A stretch of 64,000 bases of DNA from Amoebophrya sp. A120 (lineage: Eukaryota > Protista > Dinoflagellata): the NCBI GenBank assembly GCA_905178155.1, contig CAJINV010000002.1, positions 558,376 to 622,375 of the forward strand, given 5' to 3'. The stretch's first letter is position 1, and each line of letters begins with the position of its first letter. Position numbers and translations under genes: made by a program. Under the pieces are notes generated by a model, which saw only the letters and a list, made by a program, of their open reading frames with translations, made no database searches and was not told the origin of the DNA. Shown here piece by piece: positions 13,766-26,300 of this stretch.

Positions 13766-14515
13766 TTTCACTCTTCCTACGGGTTTTGACTGTGAGGGAA
13801 CTGTTGCGTTTTTTTGTAGACAAACAAGTTAATTGACGAAAAGACTACACTACTTCCAACACACAAACAGGCACGCGTGGTTGCAGCGAACAAAATACCG
13901 ATGGACTTCGCAGTACTAGGCGCAGGCACTTACTCTTAGTTTTTTCCTTTAAATTCAACATGAATCTTCTTCCGAGGAATTACACCAGACGGCTTCGAAG
14001 ATTATTTCGTGTTTTTGCAGCTATGGCTTGATGTAACAAGCATTATCCCTCCTTCACTAACCGTAATTCCGCTTTATAGTCAACCGAATACTTGCTGCTT
14101 CAAATTAGATGCCTATTTTCAGCGCGGCTACGCTCAAATCATCATCAGACATTGCTCGTGAATTAGTATAGTACTAAAAAGCAATAGTCTGTAAAGAAAG
14201 TAGGAGAAGAAACGCTCCTAAAACCGAATGACTCTGCTGTGCAAATTTTTCGCAAACCCCTGTATTTCAATAGCTGGGATAAGGCTATCATCGATGTTGC
14301 TGCGATGCGGCTGTATCCTTTCATAAATTTTTTCAGAAGCGAAAGTATACTAGTGCTTTGTCCTCAATTATAGTTGTTCTTGCAGCTACAAATAATAGAA
14401 CGATAAGGAGGAAGCAGTAGAAACAGCTTAAAACTCAATAAACTGGACCTAATACAACACTACAACTCAAATAGAGTAGTCGATTTTGATTTTCCAATTC
14501 GCGACGAAGCGCTAC

Positions 14516-16298
14516 TTACAACTGCTTCGCCTTCTTCGCGGCTTTTCCTTTCGCCGGGGCGGCTTCGCGCTTCATCGGCTTCTTGTCCTCCACCTCCTCC
14601 TCCTTCTCCTCCTTCTTAGCGGCCTTCTTCTTAGGGGCGGCTTTCATAGACTTCGTAGTGGCCTCCACACCATCGTCCATGAGGGGCTGCGGGTCGGCCT
14701 TCTGGTCCTTCTTAGCACCCTTCTTGCCGGTGCCCTTCTTTTTCTTATCATCCTTTTCTTCCTTCTTCGCGTCGGAGTCCTTCTTTTTGTCATCGGACTC
14801 ATCGGGGGAGTTGTCCTTCATCTCCGCGTCACCGTCGGTCTTGGGGGACAAGTTCGCCACCACAGACATGACGTCCTGCATGTCGTTCTCGGTCAAGTTC
14901 GCGTAGTCCACCTTGCCAGCAGTCGCCTTCATCTTGGCGATGATTTCCGCGGTCATGTACCCCTCCGGGACAGCGGATCCGGGGACCGGAGTGGCCAGGT
15001 TGGGGACGGCCTTGGCGGCGCCCTTAGAAGCGAAGAAGTCGTCCTGATATTTATGTTTTATATTGAGGCTCGAACAAGAAGACACGAACGAAAATACGAC
15101 GCCAAATAAGTTGACTTATCATTATAAAAAACCACGTAACTCAACTTGACTTGTAAAAATTTAAAAATCAGGCACCGATTCGCTCAGCTTCAAGGAGCCG
15201 ACGTTCTTCTTCACGGTGCCCTTCTCGGCCTTGGGGACAAAACCGACCTTCTCCTCCTTCGCACCGATGCGGGTCTTGGCGTGGGGGTTGTTGGTGAAGG
15301 CGTTCAGCTGGTGCTTCTGTATATGATTTTAGTTGGTTACTTCTATGCTCTTCTACTACGCCACAAGTATGGAACATGTACATGAAACACGCATGACAAT
15401 TTTAAAATTCAAACTTGTTCTACCTGGAAGTCGAACTTCAGCTCCGGCACGGCATCCTTGTCCTCATCTTCGGTCGCGGAAGCGGAGGCAGACTCCATGT
15501 CAGAACCGTCGTACGCGATGCGCTTCGGTAACGACTTGTGAAACAACAACTTCTTCAGCACGTCCAAGTTACCCAAGGTGTCCAGCAGTTTGTCACCCAT
15601 CGCGCGCGCATCCAGGTCGGGCGAAGCCGCATCCACGGTGGGGGCGAACGCGGTGATCTTCAGCTTCCACTCAGCGGCAGACATCTTTTCGGACAGCTCT
15701 TCGGCCGCAGCCTTCAGGGTGGGAGCGTTCTTCTTTTCCGGTGCCTGTTATTGATTTTAGGTGGTCGCTCAAAAAGAAGTCACGTTTGCATCTCAGCGTG
15801 ACAAACTAGCATAATGATGTGGTTCAAAACTTCTATAAAAAAGCAAACGCGACTATACCGCTTTCTTCACTCCCTTCCAGACCTGGTTCCAGAACTCGAT
15901 CACGGCGGCCTGGTCCGGAAACTTGTGCCGGATGCTACGGGTGGCGGTGTTGCTGACGCAACCCAACAACTGCGCGGTGTTGTTGCAGCCAAGGTCGACG
16001 TAAACTGATTAGTTGTTTCAAGTGGAATTCGAAAATTTAGAAATCAGCATGAACATGTCATTTTCAATGGTGATATGCATGAAAAAAAAATTATCTTACA
16101 GACGGTCTCGCGGGGAAACGGGCAGTCGGGCATGGCGCTGATGTAAGTCCACCCAGCCTCTTGGGCCTGCACCACCAACAAGATGGCCGACAGGCTGCTC
16201 ACACCGTACTCCAGCTGGCTTGCGGAGAGACGCATCCCAGCAGCCAGACAATCCTGCAACTTTTGCAGGGCCACACTCTTGGCATTTTTGGACATTGC
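14516..16298 (-). CDS. Five-exon hypothetical protein with a Lys/Ala-rich (histone H1-like) C-terminal tail
   Basis: Exons at about 16298-16100, 16004-15859, 15744-15424, 15317-15176 and 15045-14516, joined by GT-AG introns. Tail KSMKAAPKKKAAKK...PAKGKAAKKAKQL. Confidence 0.7.
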
Positions 16299-17229
16299 GA
16301 AGAACGTCGTTGTTGTTGTTTTTATCGCTCGTTTTTTCACTCTTCCCTACGGTTGGAAATTAGAAAGCAGAATTGGCATGATCATGAAGATGGCATCATC
16401 AAATCCGTTATATGATACGCAAAAAAAAACCTTTTTCTTATAAGCGGGTTCGCGATTGACATGAAGATGGACGCGTGGTAAGTCAGCACAAGACTAACGA
16501 CACACAAAAGGGGGGGGATCTTGAATGCGTGTTGTAATGTGGGGCAGTACAGGTCTTATTAGGTGTGAATCCTAAAGAGCTTAGTACTTTGGCCAGAATT
16601 GAACGTCATGCACTACCATCCTGCTGTGGTGCAATTGAACAAACAAAAAAAACACAGACCCAGCCTATTCAACTCATGGCGCCCGTCGTTCTCAACTCGG
16701 TATTGCGCCGCTATTCTCTTCTTTTTCATCTCATTTGCATACATAAAAAAAGCTTTTTCTCGGTGGCCAGTGCTTCTGTATTCTGATGCTTCTGGTTTCG
16801 ACTTAGGGTTTAGGCCTTCTGGATGACCACTCTTCACATCTATCTTTCAACCAAACAACAGGACACTCCACAGTCAGAGTAACAGCCTGCTACGTGACGG
16901 GGCACCAGGAGCGCGAAGTCAACCGGCACCTGGACAAGCTGCAAAAAACCCGCTTTTAGAAGGCTTATTCCGCCCTCTAATTTCACCTTAATCCATGACC
17001 AAACTAGTTACCTTATCTAGCTAGCTCAAATTGGAACGTTCATTTTGACTTGCATACTCTTCTCCAACTGCTACCACCACGGGAGACGGCACCTGTACGC
17101 GCGCACGCGACGCGCGAAACAACACCTAAACAGCACCTGATACTGCAATGTTTTTAATTTGAAATGGGGATTTTTGAATCGCGTTGACAATAATCACTCA
17201 GACGCTGCCATACATTTTTACATTTGATA

Positions 17230-20200
17230 TTGCACCTGATCGTACAACGTTTTCTCTTTTTGCTTCAAAACTTGGATTATCACCTGCAGGTATGTCGGAG
17301 TTTGGAAAGAACTTGTGATGCGGGCTCGACAGTCATGAGGACGCCTCCAATCGCAGCGAAGCACGACAAGTTTTTGAGTCGCTAGGCGTTGCCCATTCTG
17401 CATGGCAAACTGCGTTTCTGCATGACAGTAACCACTCGGGGCGCTTGGATAACGTACATGACAGACTTGAGACTCATGCTGGCCGAGCATGACAAACCTG
17501 GCCTTCTGCCCGACCCAGACATATTTGCAATTGATATGGAGAATTTTCTGGTAGGGTTCGAGCCGCAAAGCAACGTATTGTTCCGTAATTTTGTCGTACT
17601 CTTGGTTCGCGGCTTTTGTCATAGAAGTTGAGGATGTAGTACAACCACCGCCGGGTTGATGCGACTGCATTATGTTGTTCGTGGCACCAACATCAGAAAG
17701 TGATGTTTTGGACCATGTTGAAGATGAAGTCGGAATCATTTGTGCTGCTGAAACACCACGACTACCAGCAACACCTGCAGATGACCTGTCCGAGCTGACG
17801 TTCCCAAAGGAAGACTCGTGTGTAGTGGTCGTGTTGCTGGAATTTGTGTTGGTATCCTGTGCAAAAGTATCGCAATCTTCGTAGTGATTGCAGGTATGCA
17901 TCAGCATTACAAACTCCTTTCTTATGGTAAATCCGCATTACAAACTCCATTTCTCATCCTGGTTGAATTCGTACTAGTACGATGCTTTTGTTTTGCAATC
18001 CTTAGATGGTGGAATTTAGCAATGTGTTGAAAACTGCCCCTGCGGAGGTAGGCGGAGGGGGCTCGTCTAGCACTTCATCTTTGTTCTCCATCTCCGGGTG
18101 GTCGTGGTCGAAAATAGATTCGTTTTTGCCCATAGTTGCAGAAGTTCCTGGATGCTGATTCCCCTGCAGCTTGATGTAGTTTTCTTCTTCTTCTTCTTCT
18201 TCTTCTTCTCTCACCGACAGCACATTCATCTGTTTCAAGATCGGATCCACATCGTCCAGATCCTCCTCCTCGTTCACCGTGCCAATCGACGACATGAGCA
18301 CAGATGGGTTCACCGCGGTTCTTTTGTGCTTCTTATTACTAGATGTTTGTTCCCCCGGAGCAGCTGCACCTCCGGGGTTGACTGAAATAGTTGACCCTGT
18401 GGAAGTTGTTGACAACACGGAGGAATTAATGATCTTGTTTCTCGACGTAGACACGGCATTCAATCTCCCGTGTAGTTGCTGCTGTTGCTGCCCCCCGGAG
18501 GTTCCACGTGGGGCTGGGGAGTAAGTCGTGCGTTGTGGTTTATTTTTCAATTTTAAATTTTCATTTGTTTTCCCAGGAACGACACCTCCGCCACTCCCGC
18601 TGTTCAAATTCCGGGTGTTCACGTCTTGGTCATAGTAAAGCGAGTTACTGTTCGTGTGCTGCTGATGGCCATGTTGTTGCAGTCCTGATGAAGTAGTTCT
18701 ATTCAGCCCGGATGATGATGATCCCGATCGTCCGGCATGAAGATTTTTACTGTGCGGGGACACCAGAATGGAGCTCGGCGACGGAAAATTTTTCTCCTTC
18801 CAAACTAAGGTCCGCTCGAGACTGAGGTTCAGGAGGTGGAGCGCTCGGAGTTGAAACTCTGCTTCTTTCACTTCTAATTCCTCTTCGTCAACGTTCTGCA
18901 GCAAAACGTGCATCTTCGGCGCCTGGTCTGGGGGAATCGTGGGGGACTTGGCAGGAACACCAAGCTGGTTATTTTCCGGTGGCGGTGACAGAGCGTACCT
19001 GAGTTTATGCTTTTCCTTTCACTTCGTAGTTCATTCTGCGTTCCTTGCATTACAAACTAACCAAGCTTCTCGCAAAGTATACAAAAAGCCATCTCGTCAA
19101 CCAAACTCATGATCAAGCAGAAGCAAGCCCTTCCATACCATATGTTCCACATCTCCTTCGACCCCTCCTTATCCGCCACTCCACCCACCGGTATGACCAC
19201 TGTGCCCAGGATCTTTTGCTCACGCGTCTTATTTATGCATTGCAAAAGTATCACACTCGTATAAATGCATTACAAATTTCCTCAGCATGAGAAATTAAAT
19301 TTGTAATGCGGATTTACCTTGAGAAAAAAATTTGTAATGCATGATTGCAATACGAGTACGACTACGATACTTTTGCTCGCGCGTCTTATTTTCAAAAACC
19401 GTCAACTCAACCACCTGTTGATCAGACTTCGTGCATTCCTCGATGTCGCTGAGGTAATTCGACGGTGATGCTGCACACGAACTGCCCGTAGTACCGATAT
19501 GAATTGCAAAAGCATCGTACTAGTAGTATAAATTGCATTACAAATTAGCTCAGCGTGAAAAATCAATCGGGTGCTCGCTTCTTCAGGCGAGCGAGTAACT
19601 GTTTAGCGTACTTTCTATGTTCCTGCTTGTAAATAGCTGGTGAATAGTGTTTCAACTTATCACCACCGGAGCTTGATGAAACAAAACCCTTTTTAGCTGT
19701 GAGCCAGTCAAGCTCGGGGAGTTGCCTGGGAGAATGTCAGCCGGAGCCAGCAATCAGCCCTGGCTTCAGATGGGCGCAATACTACCTCCTCATCCGTACT
19801 GCACCTATCAACCTCCGCACAACCGCAAGGTCCTAAGCAAGCCGCCTCTGCTTGCCCTTCCTTGCGTCAGAACAGGCGCCAAAGAACTGGCAGGTCCTAA
19901 GCAAGACGCCTCTTCTTGCCCTTCCTGCCGACCCTACCTGAGCCTGAGCTCTGGCAGTGGTACGTAAACGCCACCAAGAGACACAGGAAAACACGGAGTT
20001 ATGCCCTGCATCTCCCAGTTGCCCCCCTTTACCCTAGCCCTAACCCTTGAACCCTACTGCAGCGCCGCATTACTCGGCGCCCGACTACTTCGCAGCACTC
20101 CTGGATTGGTTGTAGGTCCATTTTTGCTTCATATTTGCGCCTTTTGATGTCCTGCGTCGCTCGTTAGTGACTCTTGACCCGAAAGTAGGAGGTGCGTCGG

Positions 20201-21200
20201 GGTCGGCATCTCCGAAAGCACTTTTGCGTTGAGATTAGTCGCTGCTATAGTGAAAAAAGGAAACCGTAGGATCGTCTACTACTTCCTTTCCCGTCAAAAA
20301 GGATCAGCGTGAAAAATGAAATTTGTCATGCTAAATTACCTAAGAAACCAGATTTGTCATGCTAGTCTGGCATTTATACGAGTACGATACTTTTGTTTTG
20401 GATAACCGAATTCCGGTGACAACTTCGCTTTCCCGTCATTCACGATCGGGATCTGGACAGGCCTATGAATTGCAAAAATGTCTGGGTCTGGAAGATTGGA
20501 ACTTGTCATGCTGCATCTGGATCATGCAAAAATTTGTGTTGCATGATTACCAAAAGATGTCCGCTTTTGACCAGGTTGACAGGGAGTTTCTCATGCAGGA
20601 TAGGCATGATAGACATCTCACAGCATCTCTCATGCTAGGTGCTGCATGCCAGGCCTCATGGGTCATGGAAAACCTGCATCACAAATCTCGCATTCTTCCA
20701 GACCCAGACATTTCTACATTCGATAGGGCCGGCCGTGCGATTTTTTTCCAGCTCCTACAGCTGTGCTTTCAACATCTTCTCCAGGAGTTGTACCAGCGAC
20801 GGTAGGGACGCTGAGAATTTTTGGGCGAAAATTATACAGGGTTGCACTCCCATTATTACTGTGACCGGACAGGGGAGACGGTGCGGCGTTTGTTTTCACT
20901 TCCACCACGTATTCGGTCGGTGGGGAGGTGGAGGAAGAGGAATAATCGGGTGCAGTTCTTATCCTGTGCAAAAGTATCGCACTCGTAGCAATTGCAATCA
21001 TGCATTTACAAATTTTTTTCTGGAGCTAAATCCGCATTACAAATTTTATTTCTCATGCTGAGGAAATTTGTAATGCATTTATACGAGTACGATACTTTTG
21101 CAATGCATAGCTCTTGCGCTGGATTGACGTTTATTTGGTGATTCCACGTTCCCGAGTTCGAGAACGTGGAGCAGCAGCAACATCTTGCTGATGAGTACAG
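17230..21200 (-). CDS. C2-domain-like, low-complexity and coiled-coil protein, interrupted at 17212 by the giant element
   Basis: Spliced exons give VELTVFENKTREQKILGTVVIPV...WYAL...PKMHVLLQ (C2-like strands), then an S/T/Q-rich region and a coiled coil. Start uncertain. Confidence 0.6.
17278..17536. mobile_element. Introner family B
   Basis: TAT...ATA; TSD tggat/tggag. Confidence 0.8.
17853..18004. mobile_element. Introner family A (TIR tatN4tgcaaaagtatcg)
   Basis: TSD gttgg/gatgg; right end variant tta. Confidence 0.75.
19234..19376. mobile_element. Introner family A, right end truncated
   Basis: Flanked by a 21-bp direct repeat (19213-19233 and 19370-19390). Confidence 0.7.
19498..20404. 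mobile_element. Introner family A with nested insertion
   Basis: TSD accga/accga. Confidence 0.85.
19564..20303. mobile_element. 740-bp retro-like insertion inside an introner
   Basis: 14-bp TSD tcagcgtgaaaaat (19550-19563, 20304-20317); no TIR. Confidence 0.7.
20464..20725. mobile_element. Introner family B (TIR tatN4tgcaaaaatgtctgggtctggaa)
   Basis: TSD aggcc/gggcc. Confidence 0.85.
20960..21109. mobile_element. Introner family A
   Basis: TSD gttct/gctct. Confidence 0.85.
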
Positions 21201-22359
21201 CTGTTCTAACTATAGCAAAAATCTACTTAGATAAACTAGAGCAGCTCTACTTTATATTTTTGCGCTGACCACTCCTGTGGCCATCAGGGTTGAGAAATCT
21301 TGACGTTGCAAGTTGCTCGTAGAAGTACTAGTGGTCTAGCTCTAATATCAAATGAGGATGCGAAAAGACACGCTCGTGTGATACGTAACAATTAGAAGTG
21401 TGTCTTTATTCATCTTCATCTTTACGAAAAAAAGTTGTCCTCCCTTGCTTTCTTTCACTTGGCAGGCGACTCAGCAACACACGATTAGAAGCGGCACGAA
21501 AAAAAACCTTGTGTGATTCTTTGTTCCTTAAGTATCGGACGGGATTGCAGCTCGATGACGCGGACGACAGAACCGAAAAGGAAAAACAAATGGAATAGGC
21601 AAGGTGGTATAGACGTGTATACAGCGACTCGTAGACCGAAAATTTTCCAACCGACAAGAAATGGAGCAAAAAGAACCACCTCAAAACAGGGACCGAGGGA
21701 CTATCATCCGTGCAGCACGCGAGTAAATTTTCAGCACGCGAATAGATATCATCAATTTCAATATACAACAATAAAGCCGCCACCTGCCCCCGCAACCGCA
21801 TCGGTTATGCTCCTCGTCCACCAATCTTGACGCAAGTCCAGAAGAAACGCCATCATCACGACCACTGGTGCTTACAGTTCGATTGTGCAAAGAAACCTTC
21901 GAAAAGCAAGATCGAAACAGCGAAGCATTCATCTTCATTCGGTATTTTTGTAGTTGTACTGGCGTGTGAAATAATTTGAGTCAGCATGTTGAGCTTGCAG
22001 TTTATGGTGATGTTATCCCACTTTCGTAAATGAAGGACAAACAAATAGTGAAGAAGGTACTTACTTCTCGTGAAGACGGCGCTTTGGCCCCCCGTGCCGA
22101 AATGAGGTAAAAATTTGAACTGGTGTAACAAGCAACATTCTTGTACATTTTTCCTATTGGCGTCAAGGCGTATATTAAGAGAATAAACAAACTTGAACTT
22201 CGTGACGCCGAGCCTGCGTTGATGAATACTATCTGTAAGTTACATACAGAGCTCGCGGCAGCTGCAGTTTTAATAGGCGCTCTAAAAAATAGACTTCGTT
22301 GACAATGTTCGATAAACAGCGAACGAGGAACTGCATGATAATCCGGAAAAATATGAAGT

Positions 22360-22631
22360 TATCAACTGTAAAAATGTCTGGGTCTGGAAGAATCCAACTT
22401 GTTATGCTGATTTTGGATTTTAAGAAAATCTGTATTGCACGAGCAGCAAAGAGAGTCCAAGTTTTGCTACACGGAAAGAGCATACATTTGTCATGCGGTA
22501 TAGGCATCAGGAAGCCCTCACAAAATCTGTGATGCTAGGGCATGCATCACAGACATCAGGAGTCATGCAAAATGTGCATGACAAACGCAAACCTGGCAAT
22601 CTTCCAGACCCAGACATTTTTACATTTGATA
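22360..22631. mobile_element. Introner family B
   Basis: TSD gaagt/gaagt. Confidence 0.9.
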
Positions 22632-22694
22632 GAAGTGACCCTGCGCACGACCTCCTGACCGCGGCCCCGCGCGCTTTGGCAACGGTGGTTGCGG

Positions 22695-22844
22695 TATGAA
22701 CTGTAAAAGCATCGTACTAGTATAAATTGCATTACAAATTAGCCCAGCATTACAAATTGAATTTGTAATGCTGATTTACCTTGCGAAAAAGATTTGTATT
22801 GCATAAATGCAATTACTACTAGTACGATACTTTTGCAGTTCATA
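22695..22844. mobile_element. Introner family A
   Basis: TSD tgcgg/tgcgg. Confidence 0.9.
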
Positions 22845-23334
22845 TGCGGCCATGAAGACGGCTTGAAATTGGTAATACATTGGTGTAAAAGAAGTAGAAG
22901 TAGCATATCAACATGTTGATTTTGATGTAGAAAGCAAACCCGAAAAAAAAAGAAATTGTTGCAGATCTTTGGCAAAATTTCCGTGCAGCTGCTCTAAAGA
23001 CCACCACGACAACATATCGTGGATTTTAAGAAGTGAGTGTAGAAAGAGCAATGCCTGATTTTGTGTTAGTTTGAAAACTAACATTGATGTTTTACGTAAA
23101 AAATATAGAAGTGGTAGGAAAATAAAACCCCCTACTGTTTGTTTGCTTATTCTAATAAAGTCGTGGCTTTCTGCCCGTTGAGTGATGAATTTATTCTATT
23201 CGGCGCTTTCGCCTCAGAGTATCCGTTTGTCTACTCATTATCGCCTGGATAAAGTTGTCGATAGATTATTACTGTAAACCAGTCAACACCCCAGCTGCTT
23301 CCTCCTTGTTGTCTCTCCCCCGACGTCCTTACCC

Positions 23335-26300
23335 TCACTTCGGCGCCGTCCTTTTTTTCAATTCCTCATATCGCAAGGAAAAATCCCCCCTCCCCATATT
23401 GACGTGGTAGGCTTTCGAAAATTTGTGTTGCTGACTTGTGATCACAAATCGCGTCTGTCTTGCAAGACGGCAACTCCACCGGCTCCGCCGCATTATGCGG
23501 GCGGTTTATCTTCATGCTGTGGGGCCTACAGCACGGACGTTTTTCATGCTAAGCTCCTAGGTCAAAGCCTCTCTACTCAGGCTTGATATGGGTCTGCAGT
23601 CCTCTCCAGCAACACAAATCTGATTTGTGTACTCAAATCCAGCATCAGAAACTTTGTTTTGATATGGGGAGGAGGGATTTTTCCTTTTGATACCTCATTC
23701 TCCGCTGTCAGCCGCACATTTTCCGCGTCCATTTCGCTATCCAGGGAAAAAAGTGTAACAGTTACACACTTGTTGGAGTTTCTGCATCACAAAGTTGCTC
23801 GACATGTTGGCAAAGAAAACCTGTGATGCGCAGACTGTATGTAAGGCAAAACACAAAGGAAAGGAGGCTGGCCCTGGCAAGCATTTCCTGCAGGAAAGAG
23901 GTTGTCTGTCTTGCTTGTCTTCCATCAGAGTGTGTAACTGTAACACTATTTTTCTCACGATATTCGCCTATCAAAGCGTACTGCTGATCCAACGTTTTGT
24001 ACAAAGTTTGCAAGTCCGCCGTCCCGCCCGTCGCCGTGGAATTTATCGGTTTTTCCATGGTGGTTGCGTTCTGAATGGTGGTGGCGTTTAAGGACGTTGC
24101 GTTCATCAAGCTTGTACTCGTGATCGCACTGGTATTGGTTCGGTCCTGCCCGCCCACCGCTGCGCCGGAGTCGTTGACATTCGACGAGCTTTTCCTCACT
24201 TCCGCCAACAACGCTTCCAACTTTTTGTTGCGCTGCCGCTCCAACTTTGTTAGCTCTTTCTCCTGCTGGAGGTCGTTTTTCAACCTGGTCGACTCGATCA
24301 GCGATCTGTCCTGCTGGGCCCGGGAGGCGGCGAGGTCGCGCTCCAGGTTGAAGCGACGCAGCTCGACCTCCTTCACCGCTTGGCCGGAAACCTTTTGTAA
24401 GAGTTGAAGTTGTGACATCAAACTCAAGTACTTGTTACTTATACTAGATCCAACACTTCTCCCAAGTCGAGTCAAATTTACCTATACCGCTGCTGTTGTC
24501 TTCGTGCCATGTCAATGAGAAAACATTTTTAGAAGGTTGTTGCCAAGTTCAAACCTGAAACACATGATCCTCAAAATCAGTACGAAAATCTCCTGCTCAA
24601 ACTCCCTTTCCCGCCTTAATTTCTCCTCCGCCTCCTGCGTCAATCCCTCCATATGGATTGCAAAAGTGTCTGGGTCTGGAAAGTTGGAGCGTGTAATGAT
24701 GGTCCTGCATTCCTGTGAAATCTGTATTGCATGACCAACAAAAGTGGTACTTAGCCTCTCACGTCTTACAAAAACGCAGTTTCTCATGCGGAGTTCGTAT
24801 GATAAAGCGATGTGCAGACTTGTTATGCTTTCCTGCATGAGGAAGTGACTTCCTCTTGCACATTTTAGCATCACAAATTTCCAGACCCAGATGACATGTT
24901 TGCATTTGATACTCCAACCGCTGGCACAAATCGCTCACCTGCTGTTTCAAGGCCACCACGTTCAAGCCCTCTTGCCTCGCGGTATGGCGTTCTCAACTGT
25001 TACATGCTCAACTGCAATGATGCAAGAATGGCAAAAGTGCAAGGCGGAAGATTGCGCCTTTTGCATTACAACTTTGGCGCAGATTATAATGCTATCCGGT
25101 GCGACGTCGAGAACTTGTCATGCGAAGCAGCTTGACGTTGATCCTGTAGATGATACGCATTTATTCAATTTTGCATTACAAATCCATGCAACAGTTGAGA
25201 ATGTAACGCTTGAGAACCCCATATGCGGCGGACAGCGCGCGCTCCTCCGCGTCAATCAAGGCTTTGTTCCTAACGGAGTGGGTATCAGAGTGCACAACTG
25301 CTTCTCCTCCCCCTCATTTGGAGAGCATGAACAGCAATACAAACGCCAACACATTCACTTGTGGCGCGTGTGCATGACAAATCTTCTATGCGCCGACTAG
25401 AACTGTTTGGGCTTCCAGAATTTGTCATGCCAACAGCGGCGCTACAGGGCTGCAACTGGATTTGGGATTTTGCATGGGTAGTTGTGCACTCTGATAGTAG
25501 TCGGACAGCTTCTTCGACGATTCCTCCCGCTCGACGGTCAGTTGCTTTATCGTCTTCTCCTGCCGTTTATGCATTGCAAAAGCATCGTCCTAGTGGAAAT
25601 TGCATTTACAATTTTTTCCAGAATGAAAAGTCCAATTTGTAATGCGGATTCGGGTAAAGTGGAAGTGGATGATTTGTCATGCATCGCTGCAATTACTACG
25701 AGTACGATACTTTTGCAGTGCATACCGTTGTGATTCTTCCACGATCTCCTTGTACAATTGGATCATGTCGTCCCGCTCTAATTCCGTTTTCTTCAGCTGC
25801 TGTGCGTAGGTTTGCTGCATCGAGTCCGACTTCGATTTTTCCGCGGAGAAGACTTCCCGATCCCTTTGTAAAACGGACAATTCTTCATTTAGAGTCGCGT
25901 TTTCCCGCGTCATCACCGACAAATCTTCCGCGTACAAATCTAAATCCCGTCGGTAGTTTAAGTTATCCGCCCGCTGTTGCTCCAAATTCTATTCTGAGTA
26001 AAAACATCCCCACCCCAAAGCTGTCATGCAAATCTGCATGCCAAAGAAGTGTCTCATACGAAACCACATGAGAAGCTTTTTCTAGTCGTGTTTTCGGCTT
26101 TGCGACGCTACAAATAGCATGACGCTCTAGATCTGTGATGCTGCTGAACTAGCCAAACAGGAAAACACTATGAGGACAAACTTGTCATGCGAAATAACCA
26201 AAGCTGGCTGATTTGTCTAGCAGATTTTCCATCTTGACTCAGATATGGGGACGTTTTTACCCAGGATAAATTCTCGTTGAGGTTCAAAATCCGCTCGCTC

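Larger units (their letters stand above)
1..17212 (-). mobile_element. Right part of a giant multi-gene DNA transposon (left end outside window) inserted into a family-B introner
   Basis: Host introner sequence stops abruptly at 17213 (catttttacatttgata), and the empty site is preserved at 29401-29428. The element ends ...cagacgctgccATA and contains two transposase-like genes. Confidence 0.6.

Noticed and set aside
14516-15085. DVNP or histone H1 gene
   Set aside because: Only the basic tail is similar; no DVNP core or H1 globular domain is recognisable.
17189-17215. Classical hAT end (CAG terminus, 8-bp TSD ccatacat)
   Set aside because: Needs a g->t change relative to the empty site at 29407. 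Less parsimonious than the ATA|cattt model, though not excluded.
20028-20057. Telomeric repeats
   Set aside because: Only three or four degenerate units inside an insertion.
21400-23000. Protein-coding gene around the introners at 22360 and 22695
   Set aside because: Two alternative frames are open and neither gives a recognisable protein. The region is probably transcribed, but I cannot support a CDS. The same applies to 36500-39600.
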